The notes under the pieces: generated by a model
The model's database searches: none
The model's input: only the letters and a program-made list of their open reading frames with translations
What the model was told of the DNA's origin: nothing
Position numbers and translations under genes: made by a program
In this document: positions 46,171 to 55,039 of the stretch, piece after piece
How positions within the stretch are numbered: position 1 is the first letter of the stretch
Layout: each line of letters opens with the position of its first letter
Source: Alphaproteobacteria bacterium
GTDB lineage: Bacteria > Pseudomonadota > Alphaproteobacteria > Rs-D84
Length of the DNA: 64,000 bases
Direction: 5' to 3'
Assembly (NCBI GenBank): GCA_017472065.1
Contig: JAFURB010000008.1
Coordinates: 107-64,106, forward strand

Positions 46171-47357
46171 TGACAAACATAATAAATTCTTTTATCGACA
46201 ATTCGGTTCAGTGTTGGGGCTGTGGGGTGTTTGACCGACTATTCCAAATAGTTTCAACCGCCGCGACACAAATGTATGAACAATTGACTTTTTTGGCAAT
46301 GATAATATTTGTTGCACTGTTTACCGCATTGATTGTAAATGCTGTTTATCAAAACATTAAAAGTGGTGGTAACGACCCATTTTATAAAAAATCTATTTTG
46401 AAGGTTTTTATAAATGCGATTGTTGTATTGGGCCTGCTGGGGGCGGGGGTTGCGGTTCCAAAAATGGTTACACGGGTCACAATAGAACCGGCGGCATTGG
46501 TTGCACTGACATACACCCAGGCACTGACCCAGCAAGACATGGACACAGTCGAAGAAAAGGTCACATACCAACCGATGGAAATGGCCGACGATGGTTTTTT
46601 CCGACCACAATTGCGTGATACGATTATTATGCTGATGAAGACAACAATTACCCAATTTCAATCTTATATGAAATTGGGCGTCGCAATCATGGACAGCGCA
46701 TTTACATGGAAGGCGTTGTTAGGGATTGGCGCACTGATTAAACATATTGGATTGTTCTTTATTGGGTTGTATCTATTTTATGGTTTCTTTAAGTTATTTG
46801 TACGGTTTTGCTTTTATTTTGTGGATATTATTGTTGCGATGGCGTTCTTTGCGTTCTTTTTCCCGATGTCTTTGATGCTGTTGGCGTTTGACGGCGCAGA
46901 ACACATACCCGATGTTGTAAAAAATGTCAGCAAACATATCAGCAAAGATCAAATAAAAAAACTAATTAATGCAATCGTGGCGTTGGCATCATGTGTTCTG
47001 ACATACACAATTATTATGATGGTTATTGCTAAATTCTTTTCTGACCCAGATGAAACAAATGTGGCATTGATGGAAAAAATTATGTCTGGTGAAGTATTTG
47101 AAGCAGATCTGAACGATGAAAATCTGGAAGCATTAACATTAATGAGTGTAACAGTGTTGGTATATGTGCTAAACTTTATTTACAAACAAATCCCACAAAT
47201 AACAAGTATGATTTTGGGGGTATTTGGGGTAAGCGCAGAAAATCAATTAAGCGAAAAAATGGCAGACGATGCGTTAACATTATCTAAAAATGTTATTAAC
47301 ACAGCCGTCAGTGTCGGTAAAACAATCATAAACGGTGGCGAAGAAAAGAAAAGTTAA
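46170..47357 (+). CDS. polytopic membrane protein, VirB6/TrbL-like paralog 3
   Basis: 395 aa. QCWGCGVFDRLFQIV near the N-terminus. Its start overlaps the upstream stop (TAATG). Confidence 0.6.
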   Translation: MTNIINSFIDNSVQCWGCGVFDRLFQIVSTAATQMYEQLTFLAMIIFVALFTALIVNAVYQNIKSGGNDPFYKKSILKVFINAIVVLGLLGAGVAVPKMVTRVTIEPAALVALTYTQALTQQDMDTVEEKVTYQPMEMADDGFFRPQLRDTIIMLMKTTITQFQSYMKLGVAIMDSAFTWKALLGIGALIKHIGLFFIGLYLFYGFFKLFVRFCFYFVDIIVAMAFFAFFFPMSLMLLAFDGAEHIPDVVKNVSKHISKDQIKKLINAIVALASCVLTYTIIMMVIAKFFSDPDETNVALMEKIMSGEVFEADLNDENLEALTLMSVTVLVYVLNFIYKQIPQITSMILGVFGVSAENQLSEKMADDALTLSKNVINTAVSVGKTIINGGEEKKS

Positions 47358-48793
47358 TGAAGGGAAAAATAATTATCTTGGCCGTGAAAATTATTATGGG
47401 CGCAATCGCACTGGGGTTGGGGATATGGTATTTATCATCTGCAATCGGTGGGGCGGCATTGACATATTCCAGCATGGATAATTTTCTGACCGCGATTGGC
47501 GCTGAAAATGGCGATATTGCCAGTGTGAACGGATGTTTTATGTGTCGATATATAACAGATTTATTTTCTGTTATTGGTGATGCGACAGAACTGTTTTGGA
47601 ATGCGATTTTGGACGGTCTGTTGGTTCTTATTGCGTTGGGATTTGGAATATATATAACATACACTGGTGTCGCGCATGTATGGGACGCGACAAAAAAGAC
47701 CGCCGGGTCCAAGGTTGAAGATAAAAAAATTGAATTTAAGCCATGGTTTGAAAAAATATCAAAACAGGGTGTGCGGGTATTTATTGTTGCGGCACTGTTG
47801 GGCGGTGCAGCATTGGGTGGCCCAGAAACATTAAAGGCATTAACACATTTGGTAATTACACCTGTGCTGTATCTGGGGGGACTGTTGGGGATGGCGGCCA
47901 GCGGTGTAACCGATGCCGCGACATGTGCGATGGGCGCGGTGGACGCAGGCGAAATGATGTCACCAGTTCTGGGGCCGTTTATGTGTGTTATTGGCAATGT
48001 TAACAGTGTTGTGTTGGCGGGGGCCGCGGGTGGATTTTCACTGATGAACTATGCATGGTTGGGGATGGGCGGTGGCGCGTTCACATGGATTGCTGGATTA
48101 TCATTGGTTATTATGTTTTTGGTTGTCGGATTTGATTTGTTTTTCCAGATATTATCTGTGGTATTCAAACTGATATTCTTAATCATATTCTTGCCTTTAT
48201 TCATCGCGGCATTTGCATTTGAAGGGGCATGGAAATTGGCCAGTGGCCTGTTCGACAAGGGTATAAACATGTTAATTAATGCCGCAATAAAAATTGTGGT
48301 TATCACACTGAAAGTTGTGATTATATACGCAACAATATCATACGCAGCAGATTCTTATTTCCCGGGTCCCGTTGATGGATACAGTGTGATGTTACCACCA
48401 ATGTTGGGGCAAAGTCCGGAAAATCCAGATGTTGAAACACTGTCTGTGATGAACGTGTTTTCAGAATGCGAACGCGTGTCGTTGGTTGACGGAAAAATGG
48501 ACAAGGATAAATTTACATCTTGTTTTTCCGCCCAGCGCGCAATGGTCGAACGCCAATACCCGGGGGCATTTGATTTCTTGGACGATGGGTGGGATTTCTT
48601 GGTTATGATGGCGGCGTTGTTTGCGTTGTATTTCTTGGTACTGCGTGACAAGGTCGAAGGAATACTGGCATCGGTTGGGAAAGAAGACTTTGACTTTGGT
48701 GGTCAAATAAAGCAATTAGGAAAGAACATTTGGTCTGTGCCAAAACAAATTGCAAATGCAGTCGGCAAGGCCATGGATGAAAGGGCAATATAA
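47357..48793 (+). CDS. polytopic membrane protein, VirB6/TrbL-like paralog 4
   Basis: 478 aa. NGCFMCRYITDLFSVI and loop Cys pair (TCAMGAVDAGEMMSPVLGPFMC). TAATG overlap with paralog 3. Confidence 0.6.
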   Translation: MKGKIIILAVKIIMGAIALGLGIWYLSSAIGGAALTYSSMDNFLTAIGAENGDIASVNGCFMCRYITDLFSVIGDATELFWNAILDGLLVLIALGFGIYITYTGVAHVWDATKKTAGSKVEDKKIEFKPWFEKISKQGVRVFIVAALLGGAALGGPETLKALTHLVITPVLYLGGLLGMAASGVTDAATCAMGAVDAGEMMSPVLGPFMCVIGNVNSVVLAGAAGGFSLMNYAWLGMGGGAFTWIAGLSLVIMFLVVGFDLFFQILSVVFKLIFLIIFLPLFIAAFAFEGAWKLASGLFDKGINMLINAAIKIVVITLKVVIIYATISYAADSYFPGPVDGYSVMLPPMLGQSPENPDVETLSVMNVFSECERVSLVDGKMDKDKFTSCFSAQRAMVERQYPGAFDFLDDGWDFLVMMAALFALYFLVLRDKVEGILASVGKEDFDFGGQIKQLGKNIWSVPKQIANAVGKAMDERAI

Positions 48794-50083
48794 TTGATAA
48801 AGCGCATATGTAAATTTTTATCGATTATTATAATGGCACTGACGGTGGTCGGTGGTGGCGGTGCATGGGCGGCATCTAATCTGGGGACGGGTGACATTGG
48901 TGATTATGGCTCATGGGCAACAGATGCAAATCGTGATGCGTTAATTGGGTCACTGAATACCGACATTAATAAATTTGCCCCAAACGCAACAAAACAACTG
49001 GTTGCGGACTATGTCCCGGTTGAGGCAAAAGTTGGCCTGGCATTTATGAACGCATTGTCACATGTGGCACATATTATTGATAATTCACTGGCCCGGTTCG
49101 CAATCATATTTATAATTTTGATGTACATATTCTGGATTATGGGTGAATCATATCATAATATCCAAACTGGGTGGGATGTAAAAAAACTGGGCAAAGAAAT
49201 TATAATTAAAACACTAAAGGTAATGTTCTGGATTTCTGTGCTGACATTTGGGCCGGCGGAAATGTTCATGATGCTGATGACACCAATTGTCTTGCTGGGG
49301 ACATATATCGCAGACACAATATTAAACGCAGTATCAATGACAATTGGTATTCAATTGCCCGATACATGTGCCGCAATTCACAACTATGTATCTGCAAATA
49401 TTTCGGCAACATCTGTGCTGGATGCAAATTCAGCCGCAAATATAATGTGTTTGCCAACACGGTTGGCGGGATATTTTTCCAGCGGTGTTGCACTGGGGTG
49501 GGAATATATTAAACAATCAATCGGAACCAGTGCATTTTTGTTTGTACTGGGGATTGTGTTTATTATTATGTTTATTGTAAATGCATGGAAATTTACATTT
49601 ATGGCATTTGGTGTTATCGCTGACTTGTTCCTGGCAATCATAATGTTGCCGTTCACAGCCGTCGCAGAAACCGTTACAAAAACATCATACAAGGGCATAC
49701 CTGGTACGGTCTATAACGCGTTTACCGGGTTATTTAAGACAGAATCATTAAAAGCACAAATTGGTCGCGTTGTCAGTGCCGCGATATACTTTGTCGTTTT
49801 AGCCGTCGTTATTGCAGTTTGCGTTGCATTAATGTCTGGTTTTGTTTCCGTTGATACAACGACATCAATTCCAACATTAAAAGACACCGGCATAATGCCA
49901 ATGTTACTGACCGGATTTTTGGTATGGTACCTGGCAAGCAAGGCCGATGAAATCGCAAAAGATTGGGGTGGCAGTATCAAAGATGAATTTGGTAAAAAAC
50001 TGCGTGGTGATGTCGAAACATTGGCAAAAGATGTCTATAATACCGGCAAAAAAATTTGGGAAACCATTAAAAAAGAAGACTAA
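48794..50083 (+). CDS. polytopic membrane protein, VirB6/TrbL-like paralog 5
   Basis: 429 aa. TTG start abuts the stop of paralog 4. Signal peptide ...GGAWA, loop Cys pair (DTCAAIHNY...ANIMC), tail KKIWETIKKED. Confidence 0.55.
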   Translation: MIKRICKFLSIIIMALTVVGGGGAWAASNLGTGDIGDYGSWATDANRDALIGSLNTDINKFAPNATKQLVADYVPVEAKVGLAFMNALSHVAHIIDNSLARFAIIFIILMYIFWIMGESYHNIQTGWDVKKLGKEIIIKTLKVMFWISVLTFGPAEMFMMLMTPIVLLGTYIADTILNAVSMTIGIQLPDTCAAIHNYVSANISATSVLDANSAANIMCLPTRLAGYFSSGVALGWEYIKQSIGTSAFLFVLGIVFIIMFIVNAWKFTFMAFGVIADLFLAIIMLPFTAVAETVTKTSYKGIPGTVYNAFTGLFKTESLKAQIGRVVSAAIYFVVLAVVIAVCVALMSGFVSVDTTTSIPTLKDTGIMPMLLTGFLVWYLASKADEIAKDWGGSIKDEFGKKLRGDVETLAKDVYNTGKKIWETIKKED

Positions 50084-52149
50084 ACAACCGTTACAAAATC
50101 ACGCGCAACCTTTTTTATTCCACGTGTCTTAAATGCAATGGTTAAAATTGCGCCGTCATCTTCGATAACAACACCCGAACCCATTTCGGCATGCGACACA
50201 AATTTACCCTTTAATGTATTATTTTGAACCGAGGTGCGGTGTGGCTTTGACGGCGTATCGTATGATTTTTGAACGGGCGCATAATATGTGCGCGCCCGTG
50301 GTGCGCCACCTTGAAAATCCAGGTAACGATTATCTATTTCGGTGATAAAACGACTGGGGGAATTGTATGTGCGCGAACCAAACATCATGCGCGACATTGC
50401 GTTACTGATTACACATATGCGACGGGCGCGTGTAATCGCAACATATGCCAGGCGCCGTTCTTCTTCTAATGCGCCTTCGCCAATGGTGCGTTCGTTGGGA
50501 AAAATCCCTTCTTCCCAAGCCGGTAAGAATACAGTATCAAATTCTAGTCCCTTGGCCGCGTGAATTGTCATAATAGATACAACATCACCCATTATGTCCG
50601 TATCATTATCATCGGTCATCATCAGGGCTGCCTGTTCCAGAAATTCTGGGATTGTATCATACTTGGAAATAACACCCGTGATTAATTCACGAATATTTGC
50701 CAGGCGGTCAGGCGCATCGGCATCTTTGGATTCATGCCACATTTTTATATACCCAACCCGATCTAATAATGTCTGGGCAGATTCACGGGGCGACATCGAT
50801 TCCCAATCAAAATCAAATGCAGATAAAAATTCATCTGCGGCGGTGCGCTGTTTGGCCGACAATGATGCGTTGCGTAACCCTGTCATTAAATTAGGACCGG
50901 CGGCCCGAATCTTGGCAATGGCGGCATCGCCAAAACCACGACGCGGCCGACCAATCACACGCAAGAAAGATATATCATCAAATGGATACACCAATAATCG
51001 CAAATAAGCAATCGCATCCCGAATTTCTGCACGATCATAGAACTTGGTCGCACCAATTAATTTATATGGGATTCCGCGCGTGGCAAATGCTTCTTCGAAC
51101 AGGCGCGACAATGCCCCTGTACGAATAAGAACCGCAAAATTACTGAATACCGGTTTGTCTTCGCGTTGGATGTATTCTGCGATTATGCGCGCTTCGTCAA
51201 AATCCGATGGCAATGTTAATACATAAACCGGTTCGCCATTATTTGTTAACTCATGTGGCTGCAACACTTTATCATAGCGATCATTGTTATGCTTGATTAG
51301 TGAATTCGCCGCATTCAAAATATTTGATGTACTGCGATAATTTGTCTCCAGCCTTTTAATTGTGGCTGTTGGAAATGTCTTTTTGAAATTAACAATGTGT
51401 TCTATTTCTGCGCCACGCCACGAATATATGGACTGATCCTCATCACCAACACAATATATTTTTGGATTTTCACGACCTCGTGTTAAAAATTTTAAGAATT
51501 CCATCTGTGCATTATTTGTATCTTGGAACTCATCGACCAAGATATATTGAAACTGGTTTTGATATCGCATCAGGATTTCTGGATGCGCGTCAAACATTTT
51601 CAATACACGCAAAATAATATCCCCAAAATCAACCGCGTTCAGGCGCGTTAATTCCGCATTATACGCATTAAATAATTTATCTTTGTTTTGATATGCAATA
51701 AGTCCCTTGTCCTTAATCCTAGAAAATTCTTCAACATAATCGGCCGGCGATTTGGTTGTTGACACATCGTTTAAGATTGATTTTATGACCGCCTTTTGAT
51801 CGTCTTCGCCATAGATTAAAAAGTTTTGTTGCAATCCCGCCGCCATAGTATTCGCACGCAATATTCGCAAACATATCGAGTGAAATGTTCCTAGCCACAT
51901 CATGTCTGCATTTGAAGACTTTTCTTGCACACGCGATTTTACTTCCCTTGCTGCTTTATTTGTAAATGTAATGGCTAAAATTTCCCAGGGTTTGGCCTGT
52001 CCTTTCCTCATAAGCACGGATGCCATTGCAGCAATAAGAACTGTCGTTTTGCCAGTACCCGCCCCTGCAGTTACCAATACCGGCCCATTATCAACAGCCT
52101 CTACCGCAGCGCGTTGTTCCGGATTAAGATTTTCTAGCAATGAATCCAT
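50080..52149 (-). CDS. uvrD: UvrD/Rep/PcrA-family ATP-dependent DNA helicase
   Basis: Trimmed to MDSLLENLNPEQRAAVEA. Motifs AGAGTGKT, ILVDEFQDTN, TIHAAKGLEF and VAITRAR. Its 3' end overlaps paralog 5 by 4 nt (convergent). Confidence 0.92.
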   Translation of the reverse strand: MDSLLENLNPEQRAAVEAVDNGPVLVTAGAGTGKTTVLIAAMASVLMRKGQAKPWEILAITFTNKAAREVKSRVQEKSSNADMMWLGTFHSICLRILRANTMAAGLQQNFLIYGEDDQKAVIKSILNDVSTTKSPADYVEEFSRIKDKGLIAYQNKDKLFNAYNAELTRLNAVDFGDIILRVLKMFDAHPEILMRYQNQFQYILVDEFQDTNNAQMEFLKFLTRGRENPKIYCVGDEDQSIYSWRGAEIEHIVNFKKTFPTATIKRLETNYRSTSNILNAANSLIKHNNDRYDKVLQPHELTNNGEPVYVLTLPSDFDEARIIAEYIQREDKPVFSNFAVLIRTGALSRLFEEAFATRGIPYKLIGATKFYDRAEIRDAIAYLRLLVYPFDDISFLRVIGRPRRGFGDAAIAKIRAAGPNLMTGLRNASLSAKQRTAADEFLSAFDFDWESMSPRESAQTLLDRVGYIKMWHESKDADAPDRLANIRELITGVISKYDTIPEFLEQAALMMTDDNDTDIMGDVVSIMTIHAAKGLEFDTVFLPAWEEGIFPNERTIGEGALEEERRLAYVAITRARRICVISNAMSRMMFGSRTYNSPSRFITEIDNRYLDFQGGAPRARTYYAPVQKSYDTPSKPHRTSVQNNTLKGKFVSHAEMGSGVVIEDDGAILTIAFKTRGIKKVARDFVTVV

Positions 52150-52212
52150 AGTTTCATTATAATACCACAAACAATTATTATCAAAAACATATTTTATCAT
52201 GGGATTGGGGAA

Positions 52213-52890
52213 ATGAAACGCATTATATGCTTTGACATTGAAACAACAGGTCTGGAATTCGCACGCGGCGACCGAATTATTGAAATCGGTGCCGTAGAAG
52301 TTATTGACGGCATCGTCACAGATAACAATTTTCACGAATATGTGAACCCAGACGGTAAAATTATCCCGCCAGATTCATATATGGTTCATAAAATTTCTAA
52401 TGCTTTTTTGGAAGACAAACCAAAAATGGCGGCAATCGCACCAAAGTTCTTGGAATTCATCGGGGACAGCCCAATTGTCGCACATAATGGATTTGATTTT
52501 GACTTTCCGTTTGTAAATCACGAATTATCAATGCTGGGGTTGCCACAAATTCCACGCAGCCAGCAGATGGATTCAATCGTTATTGCGCGAAATCGCGTGT
52601 TCGGCCCAAAAAGTTATTCACTGGACGCGTTGGCAAAATGGTATGGAATATCACTGACGGCACGTGCAGATGCACACGGGGCATTAATCGACTCGGAAAT
52701 ATTGGCCAAGGTATTTATTGAACTGGATAATACTGCACCTGCCCCAGATGTATCCGAAATCATTGCAAAACAGCATGCCGCGATGCTGGCACATCCAAAG
52801 GTTGGTGGCAATTTTCCATATCGCACATTTGATGTACCAGACGAAGATTTGACCGCACACAACGCCTTTATGGAAATTATAAATAAATAA
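52213..52890 (+). CDS. dnaQ: DNA polymerase III epsilon subunit / DnaQ-family 3'-5' exonuclease
   Basis: 225 aa. ExoI FDIETTGL, ExoII AHNGFDFDFPFV, ExoIII HGALIDSEILAKVF. Confidence 0.9.
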   Translation: MKRIICFDIETTGLEFARGDRIIEIGAVEVIDGIVTDNNFHEYVNPDGKIIPPDSYMVHKISNAFLEDKPKMAAIAPKFLEFIGDSPIVAHNGFDFDFPFVNHELSMLGLPQIPRSQQMDSIVIARNRVFGPKSYSLDALAKWYGISLTARADAHGALIDSEILAKVFIELDNTAPAPDVSEIIAKQHAAMLAHPKVGGNFPYRTFDVPDEDLTAHNAFMEIINK

Positions 52891-52894
52891 TCCC

Positions 52895-53704
52895 TTATTT
52901 GTTTATAAATGCAGCCAGGTCCAGTTTAGGTGCACCTTTTGCATCATCTAACGCATGGTATTCTGTATGCGGACCAAAGGTATTTTCTAGCAGCTTTATC
53001 TGAGCCATATGCCTCCCTAGGTTCGCAACAACAAGAACAACATCATACAACTTAAGCGCTTCTTCTACTTTTAATACAAAAAAAGGATCGCGAACACGTT
53101 TATTTAACTCTGCAAGAAATGTATTCAATTTTTTCCCAGTATTGCGTTTTGATTCCTTGCTTATGGAATAGTATACCATTGGATCTTTGCCATATTCTGA
53201 TTCTAAAAATTGTTTTATTTCATTTAAATTAGCAATCGGAAAACCACTGCGTTTTGCGCGTTGATTAAACTCAAACACGGCATCCTCAAGGTTGGCATGC
53301 TTATTGTTAGACATATATGTTACAATCGTATTAACCTTACAACAGGTTACATATTCCGGTGCTGTAGCCAACAATTTATTATACGCAGAAAAACCAAATC
53401 CTCTATCAGCAAAAAGAACAGGTATGTTTTCTGCAGATGCCTTTAAGGCAGTATATACCGCCTCATGCTTACATTTAGAAATTGGCATTTTCTTATCCTG
53501 TTCATATTCAACAACGGCCACTTCAGGACGATACTTGTCAAACATATAATCAATAAAATTATGTGCAACATCAGTTCCACGTTTAACAGTACAATATATC
53601 AATGTTTTATTTTCTTTTTTATAAACCACACCATAAGGGACAACCATTGATGTTTTGGTAATCTCATCATAATAAGATAACTTTTCTAAATCAAAAGTAA
53701 GCAT
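52895..53704 (-). CDS. hypothetical protein (269 aa)
   Basis: No confident family. LIYCTVKRGTDVAHNFIDYMFDKYRPEVAVVEYE weakly resembles the GxxH...E N-terminal motif of TraB/GumN (Tiki) proteins. Confidence 0.45.
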   Translation of the reverse strand: MLTFDLEKLSYYDEITKTSMVVPYGVVYKKENKTLIYCTVKRGTDVAHNFIDYMFDKYRPEVAVVEYEQDKKMPISKCKHEAVYTALKASAENIPVLFADRGFGFSAYNKLLATAPEYVTCCKVNTIVTYMSNNKHANLEDAVFEFNQRAKRSGFPIANLNEIKQFLESEYGKDPMVYYSISKESKRNTGKKLNTFLAELNKRVRDPFFVLKVEEALKLYDVVLVVANLGRHMAQIKLLENTFGPHTEYHALDDAKGAPKLDLAAFINK

Positions 53705-53781
53705 TCCTTTACCCCGCGATATTTATTATGATTATTCACATATTGTAACTTATACTACTCGGTATTAATATAACAATTATT

Positions 53782-54270
53782 ATGACAAAATCAAAATCTT
53801 ATTTACCGGGTGCAATTGTTTTAGGGATGCATGATGCGTTGGTATCCCAAACAGGAATTATAGCAGGACTGGCATTTGCATTGGCAGATCGGTACCTAAT
53901 TATACTGACCGGTATTATATCGGCGGTGGCGGCCGGGCTGTCTATGGCGGCATCGAATTATTTGGCACATAAAACAAACAGTGATGAATACGCAATGCGT
54001 GCCGGTGCAGTGACGGGTTTAACATACCTGGGGGTCAGTGGTATTTTGTTAATTCCATTTTTTATGACAGCAAATGTTCGCGCCGCAATGACATCTGCAT
54101 TTATAATTGCGATTATAATTATATTTGTATGCAACTGGGGAATATGTCGCGCAAAATCGCGACCATTTTGGCGACATACAATTGAAATGCTGGTCATATG
54201 CACAGGCGTATCTGTTGTTGCATTTCTTATTGGCGAAGCCGCCAAGTATTTTATAGGAATAACAATATAA
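53782..54270 (+). CDS. VIT1/CCC1-family membrane protein (membrane domain only)
   Basis: 162 aa. LGMHDALVSQTGIIAGLA signature and about 5 TM helices. Confidence 0.6.
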   Translation: MTKSKSYLPGAIVLGMHDALVSQTGIIAGLAFALADRYLIILTGIISAVAAGLSMAASNYLAHKTNSDEYAMRAGAVTGLTYLGVSGILLIPFFMTANVRAAMTSAFIIAIIIIFVCNWGICRAKSRPFWRHTIEMLVICTGVSVVAFLIGEAAKYFIGITI

Positions 54271-54294
54271 AAAAATCCCCGATTGGGGATTTTT
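54271..54294. terminator. bidirectional terminator
   Basis: AAAAATCCCC-GATT-GGGGATTTTT between the VIT gene and rpmA. Confidence 0.75.
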
Positions 54295-54298
54295 TTTC

Positions 54299-54562
54299 TT
54301 AGGCTTCGGTTTCTGGAACAACAGATACTGTTCTTCTGTCGCCGTTACCTTTCTTGAATTTAACAATACCTGCGATTTTCGCAAATAATGTGTGGTCTTT
54401 ACCCATACCAACATTCAAGCCTGGGTGTACAGATGTACCACGTTGGCGAATGATGATGTTACCTGGGATAACACGACTGCCACCAGATTTTTTAACACCT
54501 AATCTGCGTCCGGCCGAGTCGCGTCCGTTTGACGTTGCGGAACCCGCTTTCTTATGTGCCAT
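54299..54562 (-). CDS. rpmA: 50S ribosomal protein L27
   Basis: 87 aa. [24 protein letters not shown].... Confidence 0.96.
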   Translation of the reverse strand: MAHKKAGSATSNGRDSAGRRLGVKKSGGSRVIPGNIIIRQRGTSVHPGLNVGMGKDHTLFAKIAGIVKFKKGNGDRRTVSVVPETEA

Positions 54563-54573
54563 AATTTCGCTCC

Positions 54574-54873
54574 TTAGGCTTTAATTTCTTTAATCTTTAG
54601 AACAGTGATAAACTGACGATGACCGGCGGTGCGGCGATAATTCTGGCGACGCTTTTTCTTGAACACCAAAATTTTGTCAGCGCGTTTCTGTTCAACAACT
54701 TCTGCGACAACCTTGGCCCCTTCTACGAAAGGTGCACCAACCTTGTCACCGACCATTAATACCTGGTCGAATTCTATAGTACCTTCGGCATTCAGTTTTT
54801 CAACCTTAATCACATCGCCATTTGCAACGCGATATTGTTTGCCACCGGTTTGAAAGATTGCGTATTCTGCCAT
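54574..54873 (-). CDS. rplU: 50S ribosomal protein L21
   Basis: 99 aa. [13 protein letters not shown].... Confidence 0.95.
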   Translation of the reverse strand: MAEYAIFQTGGKQYRVANGDVIKVEKLNAEGTIEFDQVLMVGDKVGAPFVEGAKVVAEVVEQKRADKILVFKKKRRQNYRRTAGHRQFITVLKIKEIKA

Positions 54874-54919
54874 CTATCTTTCCTTTTATTATTGTTATTT
54901 TGTTGTTATTTTTTCGCAC

Positions 54920-54994
54920 TTTGTCGAAAAGTTTATGCAAATTCTATATTTTTTATACCAAAAGTCAAGCATTTTGTCGAAAAATTTATGCAAA
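54920..54994. repeat. two 22-nt direct repeats bracketing the rplU promoter
   Basis: tttgtcgaaaaGtttatgcaaa (54920-54941) and tttgtcgaaaaAtttatgcaaa (54973-54994). 21 of 22 positions are identical. Confidence 0.85.
54941..54968 (-). promoter_or_regulatory. candidate sigma-70 promoter of rplU-rpmA
   Basis: Minus strand reads TTGACT, a 16-nt spacer, then TAGAAT. It lies about 70 nt upstream of the rplU ATG. Confidence 0.45.
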
Positions 54995-55012
54995 ACATTT
55001 ATTTTGATACAA

Positions 55013-55036
55013 AAAAATCCCCGGACGGGGATTTTT
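55013..55036 (-). terminator. intrinsic terminator after glyQS
   Basis: AAAAATCCCC-GGAC-GGGGATTTTT. Confidence 0.75.
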
Positions 55037-55039
55037 TTA

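Noticed and set aside
47326-47997. 223-aa minus-strand ORF
   Set aside because: It is antisense to membrane paralog 4. The Pro/Ala/Asn-rich translation is a shadow ORF.
51300-53704. Impression of a compositional shift (several CTAG tetramers and AGG/CTA/AGC codons) suggesting horizontal transfer
   Set aside because: The segment includes core genes (uvrD 5' end, dnaQ). I cannot compute codon statistics here, so the impression is not supportable without a sliding-window analysis.
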